NCBI GenBank assembly: GCA_012295275.1
Contig: CM022672.1
Location: 25,916,001 to 25,980,000, forward strand
Direction of reading: 5' to 3'
DNA from: Chrysomallon squamiferum
Taxonomy: Eukaryota; Animalia; Mollusca
Length of the DNA stretch: 64,000 nucleotides
Below, in pieces: positions 1 to 13,824 of the stretch. The notes beneath the pieces are model-generated. The model made no database searches. It was given only the letters and a program-made list of their open reading frames with translations, and was not told the DNA's origin. A program made the position numbers and the translations under genes. Positions within the stretch are counted from its first letter, which is position 1. Every line of letters begins with the position of its first letter.

Positions 1-113
1 TTATTTACATTTATAAAAAAAAGCAAGAAAATGCAGTAATACTAGACAAGTTTATTTAGCATCTCAACATGCTGATATTTCATCTGAATCATTTCATTTC
101 TAATCATACCACT

Positions 114-180
114 AGAGAAGAAACCTGAACATTATAACCATGGGCTACTCTTTTTAATTAGCAACTGAGATTCCTTTGCC
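114..180 (-). mobile_element. Degenerate SINE central-domain fragment
   Basis: catgggctactctttttaattagcaac is shared, in diverged form, with 4290, 16037 and (inverted) 51560-51600. Confidence 0.5.
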
Positions 181-1620
181 ATAGTAAAGAACATAATTAT
201 CATGACCTCTGATCATACACAATCAAAAAGGCTATGGCTGGTATGGGAAAAAAACCTGTACAATATACTGATAAGAATTGATCCAACAAAACCCTGTTCA
301 CCAGTCTATTTTCCATTGGCATTAGTTCAAGTCAGCACTCAATTCACTAAACTGTTTACAAGTATGTCTGTATCATTGTTACCACCTTTCATTTCAGACA
401 AGTCACAAAGATCTGAAGAAGAGAAGAAGGGTTTAAGAATTACAGTAAATGTGGGAAATAGAAAGGTGATTACTGTGATATATGGTATATCTGTATATAT
501 CTGTACTTATCAGTATGTGCATACATATCAGTATAAACAATAAACCACACACATACACACATAGTTCATGCAGGTCTGTAGGCACACATACACACACAGT
601 TATACAAACACATACAGATTATACATCAAAATATATAGGTATATAAGCTAATATATTTTCACACACACACAAAAGCATAAGAACTAAACATAGACACATA
701 TACTTATTCAGTACATGGGTATACATATCTATACATACAGACAGGTACACAATATATACACAGACACATATGTAGAAACATACCTAGACACATCTTTCAC
801 AGATACATACACATGTTCTTTATGAAACAGACAGAGACACACATTAAATACCTGTACTTACACACCTTGGTGACTTTATAAACAAGCTGAGCCTGTGATG
901 TACTTCACTATTTCCTGTATTAACCTGAACACACAGAGCTATCTCTGTCACAGCACATCTTACACTGATGGTCTACATTTATGTGTTAAGCAACTCGTCA
1001 CTAATACTGCTTCAGGCTTTCTTAGCTCAGACAGATTTCATGTAGATATGTGCTTTATCTCTTAAAGAAAATCACATGCAGAATACAGCTATTACATATA
1101 TATCTGACTGGTGTATGTTAAATATACTAATACACTTACTCACACAGGCACAAACACTCACACAAACATACACAAACACTCACACATGTACAGAAGCACA
1201 CACTAACACACAGACACTATGTTTCTTTTATTTAACATAGTTTAACATGAGAATACTCTGTATATGTTACTGTAACAATAAGTGTTAGAAAATAAAAATA
1301 AAAGGTTTTCTTTGAAACATATATAATTATATCTCTATATAATTCCCACAGATTGTGATGGAAAATAGTGACACAGATATACTTGTAGCTGTTCTATCTA
1401 CCTATCTATCTGTCTGTCTATCTATCCGTATAACTACAGTCTGCAATTAAACTGTCATATTAACAAAAGCCAGAGTTTTTCATTTCACAAAGTACACAAG
1501 ATACATATTTGGATGCATCTTCAAACAGAATGTGAACAAAAACTGAATCCCACTCTAGAGTAAATGACTTTATGGAAGACACAAATAAAACATTAGATGT
1601 TTTGTTAAAGTTTGAAGTCA

Positions 1621-1810
1621 GATGTTGTGTTAAAATAAAACAGTACAGAGATGTTGTGTTAAAATAAAACAGTACAGGGATGTTGTGTTAAAATAAAACA
1701 GTACAGAGATGTTGTGTTAAAATAAAACAGTACAGAGATGTTGTGTTAAAATAAAACAGTACAGGGATGTTGTGTTAATATAAAACAGTACAGAGATGTT
1801 GTGTTAAAAT
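1621..1810. repeat. Minisatellite, 29-bp unit GATGTTGTGTTAAAATAAAACAGTACAGA, about 6.5 copies
   Basis: Near-identical units starting at 1621, 1650, 1679, 1708, 1737, 1766 and 1795 (partial). Confidence 0.95.
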
Positions 1811-1822
1811 TACTTTAGTGAT

Positions 1823-2196
1823 GAGATGTTACGTTACAGTGATGAGCTGAAAAAACAGTTCTCTGTGATGCAGCTGAGATGTCATGTTACAGTGATGAGC
1901 TGTAAAAAACATGATGGTGACAGTTCTCTGTGATGCAGCTGAAATGTCATGTTACAGTGATGAGCTGTAAAAAACATGGTGGTGACAGTTCTCTGTGATG
2001 CAGCTGAGATGTCACTTTACAGTGATGAGCTGTAAAAAACAGTTCTCTGTGATGCAGCTGAGATGTCATGTTACAGTGATGAGCTGTAAAAAACATGATG
2101 GTGACAGTTCTCTGTGATGCAGCTGAGATGTCATGTTACAGTGATGAGCTGTAAAAAACATGATGGTGACAGTTCTCTGTGATGCAGCTGAGATGT
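1823..2196. repeat. Minisatellite with 53-54 bp and 65-bp units, 6 copies
   Basis: Units start at 1823, 1876, 1941, 2006, 2060 and 2125. Consensus gagatgtcatgttacagtgatgagctgtaaaaaac(atgatggtgac)agttctctgtgatgcagct. Confidence 0.95.
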
Positions 2197-3327
2197 GAAA
2201 GGACAGAGTTGGGTCAGCCTGTCTGGTCAGTGCTGGAAGAAACACAACAAAGAGTTCTGGACAAACATCAATCACATGGTGACCTCTTGATACCAAAGGC
2301 ATGCACACAAACAGGTGGATAAGCCCCTGACAGGTGGGCTGTGGGTGGGTGGGTTTTCTGTGCATGCATTTCACTGGCAAGGATATCGTGAATGCCAGAT
2401 CTAGTCAAGTGTGTGTTATTAATTTGTATTGTGTCTGTATGTATTGGTGTGTGTGGGTGAGAAAAATATTTTGTGTTTGTATCAATATTTTTGTTTGTAT
2501 GAGTGATTGAGTGAGTATGTGAATATTTGTGTGTGTGAATATGTGTATATGAATGTAAGTAAGTAGTATGTATATATGTAGGTAGTATATATGCATGCAT
2601 ATATTTAAATATTTATATGCGAGTCTGTGTATACCTGTCAGAACATAGGCATGTGTGTATGTATGTCAGTGTGTAAATATGTTTTGATTTATATATGGTA
2701 TGTATGTACATGTGGTTTTGTTTATTTCTGTACTTGATTTCTGTGTTGTGTACATACCAACATCTGTGTTTGATCTCTTAAAGCATAGGTGAACACAAAC
2801 AGTGTTGATAAACAGATCAGCATGAAATAACATATTAATAACAGGAATCAGGAGTCTTAATCACTTTCACATTCTGACTTGTCCCCTCAGCAAGTTCTCA
2901 AAGAAGCAAATGATGTAATTTATTAATAATAACACAGTTCAAATGTGTGCATAATGAACTTGGTTTATGGTGTTATACAAGTACATCACACAACACATTC
3001 CTGTCTATTCCTGTACAGGTAATGTTTTGGAGAGTGGAGGAGAGTACAGGTGAGTACAGGTGTTGTAAACACAGTGGATCACACGAGTTTTAAAATAGAA
3101 AACACAGATGCCATTCACCTGACCTGACAACCTGGAATTCTGGCCCTCATCCAAGTGTACAAGTCTCTTGTTGTTATAACATATATTCATGATTTTTATT
3201 TTATTTTATTATTGTGTTAAACAGCACATATAAATACAAAATCACATTTTGTTATGTATTTTCATGTGTCAATCATTATATTATTATTATTTTAATTACC
3301 CAAACCATCAGGTTATTCAATTTACAT

Positions 3328-3371
<44 letters not shown>

Positions 3372-3553
3372 CCCAGAGATAATATAAAATTACAAATTTA
3401 TTCATGGATAATACCTTCATGATGAATAAATATATAAATTAAAAAAATTAAATTCTATTTAAAGTATCATGATTTTAGACTATCAAATAATTACAAGCTT
3501 AATGTATTAACACATTCATTACTCTTACTTTAAAATAAGAAATATAAACACAC

Positions 3554-3600
<47 letters not shown>

Positions 3601-4274
3601 TTTTTTACCCCACAGCCACCTTAAAATATGCCAAGCTCCTCCCCCATGTTGACAAATGGCCACCTTTAACAATGGCTGCATTATAAGATGTGACGATTTT
3701 AATTCAGAAATATGTTACTTGTTTTAAACAGCAGATACAGTATCAAGCCAATGCACTGTTATGCCTGTTCATGCATTAACTGAATGTATGATCAAGTTTG
3801 TTACTCACAGATAAAAAACAGTGTGGATGATTACAGACCATTGTCTCACTCTACTCATGACTGATAAATCTTTCACTGAAGATAAAGTTAACAAAATCAC
3901 TAAGATTAAGTGTAGTTGTAGAATCTCAATACTTGATATTTACTTTAGTATTTTATAATTTTCCTTTTAAACCAATGTTTAACATTTGCCCCATGAACTA
4001 GTATTTCATTTTTTAATGTTAGATATATTTAACACCTATATTGATATTTCATATTACAGGGAGAGCATATAAAAAATAAATCCATTACAGATAGTCAACA
4101 TATAAAAGTAATGTGTGTGAAGAAAACAATACAGGTTTTGTCTCTGATTTATCATTGTTATATTGCAAAAATAAAGATTAAATGTTTAATAGAAAATTGT
4201 TAAGTTACAATACAATACTAACAATTGTTACATATTCAACATTTCAGTTTTTATATGTGATTGTGCTCTAACTC

Positions 4275-4425
4275 CATAACCTGGTCTTATCAATTAGCAG
4301 CAAAATATCTCTTATATGCACCTTCCCAGGGACTACAGAGTATAAATTGTATACACTAGCAATGGAGCACTGGCTGGAACAATATAAAACACCCAGGAAA
4401 CATTAGGAAGATTTGAACCTGTGTC
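4275..4425 (-). mobile_element. Degenerate SINE fragment
   Basis: attagcagcaaaatatctcttatatgcaccttccca...gcactggctggaac is the reverse complement of the motif at 51540-51600. Confidence 0.55.
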
Positions 4426-4436
4426 CTGTCTGGTAT

Positions 4437-4655
4437 ATACGTCTGGTTTGTGTGTGTGTGGTTTGTGTTATTGGTTTTTATGTCTGGTTTATGTGTCTGG
4501 TTTGTATAACAGTTTTGTATGTCTGGTTCATCTGACTGGTTATGTGTCTGATTTGTGTGTTTAGTTTGTATGTCAAGTTTGTGTGCTTGGATTGTATGTC
4601 TGGTTTCTGTGACTAGTTTATGTGTCTGGTTTCTGTGTCTGGTTTTTGTGTGTGG
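4437..4655. repeat. Degenerate about 14-bp tandem repeat (tgtgtctggtttg-like)
   Basis: Recurrent gtctggttt core with about 14-bp periodicity. Confidence 0.75.
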
Positions 4656-5659
4656 TTAGTGCTGAGATGCTCTGTGCCTGCATGAAGTCAAGTCAAACAG
4701 CATATTACATGCAGATGACAAACAGCTGGAGACAGACTGTGTAACATTACATCACTCACTCAACTACACTGTGTTCACTACAGCAACTATAAACTGTTCT
4801 TTTTACTTCTGTACACTGCACATAAATAAATAAATAAATAAATAAATAAAATAAATTCATAAAATAATTCATAAATAGTAAAATAAATTAAATAAATTAA
4901 TACATGAAAGATAAAATAAATTAATAAATAAATACATAAATAATAAATAAATAAATAAATATAAATACAAAAATAAATCATTAAAATAATTAAATAAATT
5001 CAAAAAATAATTCATAAATAATAAAATAAATAAAATAAATTAATACATGAAAGATAAAATAAAATAAACAAGATAAATAATAAATAAATACATAAACAAA
5101 TAAATAAATAAATAAAACAAAATAATTAATTATAAAGTTAAAATTTCTAACATTAATACTGCATATTCACGTGTAAATCTGCAAGTGTGTGTGTCTGTGT
5201 GTGTGTGTCTGTGTGTGTGTGTGCGTCTGTGTGTGTCTGTGTGTATGTGTGTGTGTGTGCGTCTGTGTCTCTGTGTGTCTGTGTGTGTGTGTCTGTGTGT
5301 GTGTCTGTGTGTGTGACAGTTAACAAATCCAGTTTTCAAATTAAGCTACCACCTCAGTTTTAAAAGAACAGTTGACATGTGGATGTGAAAAGCTAAGTGA
5401 ACATGTGTGTTATATTGATTCACCACAGGAATCAATTCGTTCTGTAGTTTTCATTTACAACAAAAGAGACAGGGATATGAATTTTCATTTTCAAATATGC
5501 TCCATCTGTGACAAATAAACCTAAATACACATACACACAGACAGACACATTTACATACACACATATAAACACACACACACACACATACATACATACATAC
5601 ATACATACATACATACATACATACATGTGTTTAATTGTATAGTTACATATAATCAAATG

Positions 5660-6442
5660 TTTTTTTTTTTTATGTTTTAATCTTAAATTATATTTTTATT
5701 ATTATGTTTTTAATTCAGTTCACAGGATTTAATGAGTATGTAATAAAGTTTTTATCAGTAATCTAGAACTGAAACTCAAATCTCATTAGCGAACTGTTTT
5801 ACAGTAGTCTAATAAACAAGCACTGAAACATACAGCAGATATATTTAGCACTGACTTATAAACAGCTACAGTATCAGGATAAAAAACAGGAATAAATCTT
5901 ACATTTCATTTCAGTGTGTTTAAAACTTTAATTTATATGTAAATAAGATGTGGCATGTGTGGACTGTGGTTAAAGGAGGCAGAGGGTGGATTTGGTTGAT
6001 TTTTATTTACTCATACATTTCTTCTTGCTTTGCCAAAATTCCCCCCCCCCGTGTTGGCTGAGATTGAGGAGTGGGGGGGGCAGTTGTCCCCTGTGTCCCT
6101 TGAATCATTCACCTATGAGTAATATTTTTCATATTGTAGGCAGATCTTTTGATCTTATGTAATTGTTAAATATGATGTCAGGCATTGAAATTTAATTATT
6201 TATTTATTTATTTATTTGATATCACTGCCATAAAAATTATATATATATACTTGTTTATTAGATGACTGAAATATTTGGCATTCAAGGTTTCAGTTTCAGT
6301 TCTAGATTACTGATAAAAATATAAATTTTAAATTAGTTTTTAGTGAAACCTGATAGGCCATAAGTTAAAATAAAAAAAAAAATATTAATAAAAAAACAGA
6401 ACAAAAAAGAACTAAAAGTAATGTAATATTAAGAAAATTTAT
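5660..6442. repeat. Inverted pair of a roughly 190-bp dispersed repeat, with a perfect 28-bp core at 5749-5776 / 6292-6319
   Basis: TTTTTATCAGTAATCTAGAACTGAAACT and its exact reverse complement. cttgtttattaga is also shared in inverted orientation. Confidence 0.8.
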
Positions 6443-6698
6443 GAATGGATTCTCTGTTTCTCCAAAGAGTGATTCAATAAAAATTATGATATTTCTGTCT
6501 GGGTGTCCATTCATCCGACACTGTAACAGCGAGGAATGTTTAGTTTCTCAGAAACACAGCTGCAGAGATAACAGTGCAGACAGATTTCATGAAGAATAAA
6601 TTTCCAATCACTGTTTTTAAAAGCAGACATTAAAAGCTTTAAGAGTTCTGTCAACAAGATTAATCTGAATCAAAGTCATAAAAAGACAACAGGCTTAC

Positions 6699-6962
6699 CT
6701 TAACAGTTTTTAACCCAAAACTTCCAGATCTTGTTGATGTAGTTTAGAAGTTTGTCCAGTCAGGAGAAATAAAAAAGGTAATCCAGAAAGTTTAAAGTTG
6801 TCCTTCTTTACTCTTGTACCATCCTGGCCAGTTTGCCTTCGCACACAATGGCTGTGACCCAGATAACCCCGGGCAGTATAATACCAACAATCTCAGCCAA
6901 TCCAAGAGCCCAGACTTATGACTTGGGACAGACTATTTCACCAAACAGGGGTGGAAGGTGAA
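6699..6962 (-). ncRNA. Candidate 264-nt non-coding exon of the minus-strand transcript
   Basis: On the - strand: acceptor ttatttttaaatcag| and donor AAG|GTAAGC. Non-repetitive and GC-richer than its flanks. Early stops in all frames. Confidence 0.45.
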
Positions 6963-7877
6963 CTGATTTAAAAATAACAAAGTGGTATTTTGAGAAGCTT
7001 GTTTAATCTGCAAAATATGCTTCACACTGCACAATCTTTATTCCTTTAAAAATTTTTTTTTTTTTTTTTAAAGAATTTAAAAAAAAAAGAAGTAGAAAGC
7101 AAATTTTAAAAAGAGTTTGATATAAAAATTTCAAATGATTTGTAACTGATGAAAGGTCTGGTAGTTAAATATTTGCATTGCGACTAGAAGAACAGTATAA
7201 ACAGACATAATTCTAAAACAAACTGGGAACATTTTAAACTTTTCTTCTTTACGTAAGAAATCAATTTGTCTATGGCTAACTCATCAAGGTCACCTGACCT
7301 AAACCTGCAGTGTGTACAGCAACTCTTCAAACAATCTCTAGTGTTTCTCTTTTCTAATCCCAGCAATATCCAAACACTGGTCTAAACAATATCAATAATG
7401 ATGATGACAACGATGATGGTAGAGATGTTAATGATGATTATAACCATATAACAATAATAACAATAATAACAACAGCAATAATTAAATTCAATAAATTAAT
7501 GAATAGTATGTGAAATATAACAGTTCTTGATAAGAATGAAAAAAAAAAATAATAATAAAGACATGAACAACAGTAACAACAACAAAAATAATAATTACCA
7601 TAATTATAATACTGATGATAATAATAATGGTAACAGTGATAATAATGATGATAGTAATGATAGTAATGATGATGATGATGATGATGATAACAATGATAAT
7701 AATTATAATTATAATATCTATAATAATAATAATAGCAATAATAACAACAGCAGCAGCAACAACAACAACAACTAATGTTGTTCTTGATACACTAATAATA
7801 TTATCAATGATACAACATAAAATTAATTTTGAATTATCCGATGAATTACAACTATCGTTAAATAACAAAACTGAGAT

Positions 7878-7911
<34 letters not shown>

Positions 7912-8840
7912 CTGATGTTGTTCTTGATATTGTGCTATTACTGTTATTATTAATGGGACAACATAAAAATTAATTTAGAACTGTGTTAAAACTATCATAT
8001 TTCAAACTGAGATAAATAAACTGAGAAATGAGATAAAAGTATTAATGTCAGCCGTAGACTTATCAATGACTTGGAAGTGAGTTATGGGTGGAAAACACAT
8101 AAAATAAGTGGTTTATGAGTGTCACAGTGCATGTGTCTGAAGTGTGTGTGGCAAAATGTGAGAATGCTGTGTGTATCTGTGTGCCAGTTGGAAGCCTGGG
8201 AACTGAGAATAGGTCTATGTAATTGAGTAACAATGTATGTGTACATTGGTCAGTGTCTGTGTGTATATGTGTGTGTATGCATTTGTGTGTGTGTTTCTGT
8301 GTGTGTATGCATGTGTGTGTGTGTTTCTGTGTGTATGTGTGTATGTGTGTGTATGTGTTTATGTATGTATATATGTATGTGTGGATATATGTATGTATGT
8401 GTGTGTTTGTGTGTGTGTTTACATGTATGTGTATGTATGTATATAGGTATGTGTATATGTGTGTACATGTGTGTGTGTATGTGTATGTATATATGTGTTT
8501 ATGAATCTGTATATTTGTATCTGTATATATATATACACTGATACACACACACACACATACATACATATAATTACACCCACACACACACACAAACACACAC
8601 ACACCTATACAAATATGATATATATAAATAAATACATAAACTTGTATTAAAATAATTCTAATAACAAAATGTAATATAAAGAAGTTAATTTGTACAAAAT
8701 AAAAAAGATTTAATTTTAAATGGCTAAAATCATCCATGATTATTAATGCTACAGTCTGTGAAATATTTACATTAACTTGTCAAATATTGGATATTCTTTA
8801 ATGAGGGACAATACGTCACCAAGACTGTACATATAGCTAC

Positions 8841-8872
<32 letters not shown>

Positions 8873-9434
8873 GACAGATGTATGTGTGTTTATATATAAG
8901 TGCTACATGTAGGTAGGTAATAGAGGGCCAGACAGGTCAGGCTCAGTTCATACTGGAACTGTGAGAGAAGACTGGGACGTCTGATTTAAAACCACACAAT
9001 CAGTGATTTACTGTGATGTCCCCACAAACACTCTTTAGTGTCTCTGTGTTAAAGTGACATCAACATTTTCATTTACTTCATATAGATTTATGTTGCAATA
9101 ATGTCTTCTTTTTTTTAAGAAAATGAAAAATAATGCTGACAGAAAATATGGTTAGAGAACTGTGATCCATCACACAGAATCATAAAAAACATATAATGCA
9201 TACACAATAGAAAAACTGTCCTCCTTAAAGTTGTATTTTCTCTAACCCTGACTCCAAAACCAAGTGTTCATTCTAACCCTAATTATATCTCTAATCCAAA
9301 CCTTGACTACAAACCCAGACATTACTTAATCCCTTAAGTTTATTCAACCAATAGTTATAGGTCAACCCCGTAAAAAGAACAACAACAGTAATAACTACAA
9401 TAACAATAAATAAATAAACAAACATTATTTAAAA

Positions 9435-9479
<45 letters not shown>

Positions 9480-11554
9480 TGAAGAAAATAGAAATAATAA
9501 TAGTGAAAGTAATTTTAAAAACTTAATGAAAAATTTGCACCTAATACCATTTAAAAAAGATGTATTCAACAACATTTACTCAAATTTTCTTCTTTTAAAT
9601 CTTCTTTAAATTAAATCAGAAAAAAAGAGTGAATTAATAAAAATAAAAAAGTAAAAATTGGACAATAAAAGACATTAAAAAGAAAAGAAAAAATCCCCAG
9701 AAAAAAGGAATTCCCTATTGTGAAACAGATACGTGAAAGATTAAAAAAAAACCTAGGTATTTTTTCATGACTAAAATCAACAGCTCTGCACCATGCACTG
9801 TTTTGAATGATAAATCATTTTTATACAACAGGAAAGAGGAAATCCCACTGCTTTAATCTGCTGGTCAGGTGAACACCATTGGCAACCTGATAAAAAGATC
9901 CGAGACATGAATTCAGGTGTAACTATAGATGCAGGATATGTAAATAAATAAAACCTAAACACTGCAGGAGGAAACTGTTTTCCTTGAAAAGGAAAAACTA
10001 CAAAAGCCTTTGAAAATAATATAAATAAATGAATTGTGACAAGAAAGGAATATCATATAATAAACTGTGAAATATAATTGTGTATATTAATAATTATGTT
10101 TGCATATAAAAAAAAATCTTAATTTTTTTATTAATTTCTACAGTTCCAATAAATATTAAATTATATAAAGAGTTGATTTTAAAAAATATAATAAAATTTT
10201 AATAATAATAATAATAATAGTAATAATAATAGTAATAATAATGACAATAACAACAATAATAATAATATTGCTGCTGTTGCTACTACTACTACTACTATTA
10301 CTACTAATAATAACAATAACAACAATAATAATACTAAAATAACAACAATAATAGTACTACTAATAACAAGAACATAATAATAATGGTTGAAATATGTTAA
10401 GCTGTCTATTTATTTATTTATTAGATTAGTTTCATCCATAAATATATGTTACATCTGTTATTACCAGTAATATTAAAATTACTGAGTGAATATTAAATAT
10501 CCAGGATAGAACAACAGTTCTTCATAGAATAGAGTGAGATCTGAGTAAGGTGTGGCTTAAATAAATACTGCTATTCATTCAAACATTCCTCCTACACTTT
10601 CCTTCTTTCTTTCTACATTTCTTCCTTCTTTACATTCTTGTGATGTGAATAAGCACAAAAAAATCTGACCATCTGTCTAAAAATTATTATCTGAATATTT
10701 TAAAAAATTTTTTTACCCAGCCCCTGAAACCAACATGCAAATGAAAACCATCATGATGAATTACAAGTCAAAAAGAAGCATTAAAACAACAATACTAAAA
10801 ATTCCTCCAGTGACCTTTGCTACAAACATGACCTTGACCTTACAACTTGTGACTGTTTCAACGCAGGTGGTTTAGCATGAACCTTTTGTTGTTTTGTGTG
10901 AAAAGAGTCTTTAGTGAGAAGCCATTGACAGAATTCTTTCCTCACTGAGATTCTTTTGTATAAAATAAGGCAGACAGCTTTTCAACGTGAAAAAATTAGA
11001 AAAGCAAGTAAAACTGAAGCTGGTATAAAACAGCAGCAGGACTTGAAAAATCCTCAGGGATGATGAGTGGACACTTTGGTCCCAGGAGAGTTGTGTCTTG
11101 TCCATTGTCAACCATAAATACTTTAATTCATTCAATCCTTTAATAGATTCTTTTCAGAATGAACAAAGACAACATGAAGAGTATCAAGGCAGAGTTAAAT
11201 TATTAGTTTTTGGCTCTGGGTTCGATACTGAATATGAGGGGGAAAAAATACTGCACAGATTAATTTTCTGTAATTCTGTATTGAGTCTTCACATAGAATT
11301 TATTTTATTTTTAAGAGGAAGAGATTTGTTTTAGATTTACATACATGCCATTATCCTTGATGGAATAATTACTACATCTGATATTACTTGATGTGTGGGG
11401 AAATATCGGGATTAATAATATAATGTATAATGAGCAACACGACACAGTGGGAGCATTCCCTTTTCTAAAATAATGGATATGATCCTTACTTAATCATACA
11501 ACATACATCAATAATGGAGTTCTGGATGAGTCCCTAAGTCATACGATACACCAT

Positions 11555-11840
11555 AGTGATAGTCCCTCCTATTTCTGCACCATGTTATGTAACTACAATG
11601 ATAGTCCCTCCTATTTCTGCACCGTGTAACAGACCCCCCTCCTTTTCTGCACCTTGTAACAGACTGGTTATTTCTGAAACATAACAGACTATAATGATAG
11701 TACCCCCTAGTTCTGCCCATGGTTACAGAAACATACTATATGATAGCACCCCCTAGTTCTGCCCCTGGTTACAGAAACACAATACAGTGATAGCAATCCC
11801 TAAGTCTGCCCCTTGTTCTAGAAACATACTACAATGATAG
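11555..11840. repeat. Degenerate minisatellite, about 41-48 bp (tgatag.acccccta.ttctgccc.tg.ttacagaaaca.acta)
   Basis: About 6 diverged units are visible. Confidence 0.8.
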
Positions 11841-11879
11841 TAGCTTCTGTTTCTTGAATAGTAATAAATTTTATCTCAC

Positions 11880-11926
11880 CTGGTTTCAGTTTTTCACTGT
11901 TGCAGTGTATTTCCATTCTAATTCAG
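11880..11926 (-). ncRNA. Candidate 47-nt exon of the same minus-strand transcript
   Basis: On the - strand: long T-tract + gtttcttgcag| acceptor and CAG|GTGAGA donor. Confidence 0.45.
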
Positions 11927-12360
11927 CTGCAAGAAACAAAAAAAAAAAATCCATTAGATAAAAAGAGAAAGAAGAAAAAAATTTAAAAGATAAAGCATTC
12001 CAGACCTGTAACGTTATAGCATATTAACAAAAAAATGTTCAGGTCAATCTTGAAAAACTAAATTTTTAAGATTGTAAGTTTTTTCTTTCTTTAAATTTGA
12101 GAAGAAACAAAAAAACTAATAAGTAGTGAGTTTTATTGTTACTTATTTATTTACTTTAGTTTATTAATTCTGTTAAAATAAAAATATCAAGGCAATAAAA
12201 TGTTTGTTTAAAAAAAATCTTTTCATGTTAAGTGATTGTAAAATATGATGTCATGCATTACTTCCATATAAATTAAAGTTTTAAATATATTAAAATTTTT
12301 ATTACTATTGTTCATCCTGATGCTGTCAGTGCTAAGCATATGTGATGTATGTATCTGTTC

Positions 12361-12557
12361 TTGTTTAGTAGATTGCTCTGAAATATTTTGCTTACAAGGT
12401 TCGGGTTTCAGTTCTAGATTACTGATAAAAAAATAAAGTGAAAATTTAAAATCAGTTTTCTGTGAAACCTGATAGGTCATAATTTAAAATAATTTTTTTT
12501 TTTTAAAAAAACAGAACAAAAACGTGCTGTAAATAATGTATCATTAACAAAATTTAT
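12361..12557 (+). repeat. Third copy of the same dispersed repeat (direct relative to 6251-6442)
   Basis: gtttcagttctagattactgataaaaa...gtgaaacctgatagg.cataa.ttaaaataa...aaaaaacagaacaaaaa matches 6293-6407. Confidence 0.85.
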
Positions 12558-13824
12558 TACTATCATCATCATCATCATCATTTTTTATTATTATTTTAGT
12601 TTTTATTTTTTTTTTATTTTTATTTTTTTTTTTTTTTGCTTGTATAATTATTACATGATCATTTAATTTATGTATATTAAAATTTTTACTGAATAGTTTT
12701 ATTCCTTTTATTAGACTAGTTACAGTTTGTCCTCAAGGATTCTGTATAAGGGAAAGTCAATCTGTATTGACTGACGGACTTCCTGGATTACATGTGGCAA
12801 TAAGCCAGTCTTCACTCTGTCCAAAGATTTTCTCTATTGGCTCAACCTGTCTGCCTGCTAATCTTGGGTATCATGAAAACAAAATTTACTAATCCAGGCA
12901 CCAGAAAAACAAACAATTACAAGATAACAAATACAACACACACTACTGAAACATGTAGAAACCAGTATTTGTTTTAAAACAAGACCTTGATGATGATGTT
13001 AAACATATAGAGAGACCTCAGTTAGAACTGGAAAAATAGTATGAGATATAGTCAGTCACAGATAATAGCAGTTGTTGTAGTTGTGATAGTAATTGTTGCT
13101 GTTGAAGTAGTAGTTGTTATAGTGGTAGTGGTGGTGTGATAGTTAAAGAAACAGTAGGAGAAATAATAATATTAATGATACTTATGATAAGAAACAAAAT
13201 AACAGTAGTAGCTAGTAGCAACAGTTTATACATGTAGTATTAGTAGTAATATAGTGGTAATAGTAGAAGTAGAGGTTGTATTATTTGTTTAGTGCTGGTA
13301 GCAATAACAGTAGTAGTTGTAGTAGTAGTAGTACCAGTAGTGGTACAATAGCTGTAATAATAAAGCAGTAAGGTTGTAGTAGAGTAGTACTAGCAGCAGC
13401 TATAGTAGTTTAGTAGTAAATTAGTAGTATTAATAATATACTACTAATAACAGTATTAGTAATTATATTAACCATATAATGATATAAACTGAAAATTTCA
13501 AAATCCATTTTCTGACTGGCTTATTCTAGTAATTGAAATACTTTTTTTTTTTTTTTTTTTAAGGAATACCATAGGAATTCTTAATGATATCAACTAAAAA
13601 TACCTGTCTTTGGCCTTAAAAACAGACTGTCAGGTTAAGGAACCATAAAAAAAAACTTCTCATCTATTTTCTGTATGTTAGATTAAGGTTTCTATTTGTC
13701 ATTACATCAGCTTTATTTTTAAAGTGAACTTACAAAAATTTCATGGATTTACTTTAATATTAGGTTACAGCCGTTAGAAGGTATTTGAGAATGTCATTAC
13801 AACATACCACTCCCAGTAAACAAG

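Noticed and set aside
202-543. 113-aa plus-strand ORF
   Set aside because: No recognisable domain. It runs into CA-rich low-complexity sequence, and the local splice signal is on the opposite strand.
956-1025. miR-8/miR-200-like 5p (CATCTTAC) and 3p (TAATACTG) starts 46 nt apart
   Set aside because: The rest of each arm does not match the mature miRNA, and the arms cannot pair into a hairpin.
1621-2196. CRISPR-like appearance of the 29-bp and 65-bp arrays
   Set aside because: The units are head-to-tail with no unique spacers, there are no cas genes, and the context is eukaryotic.
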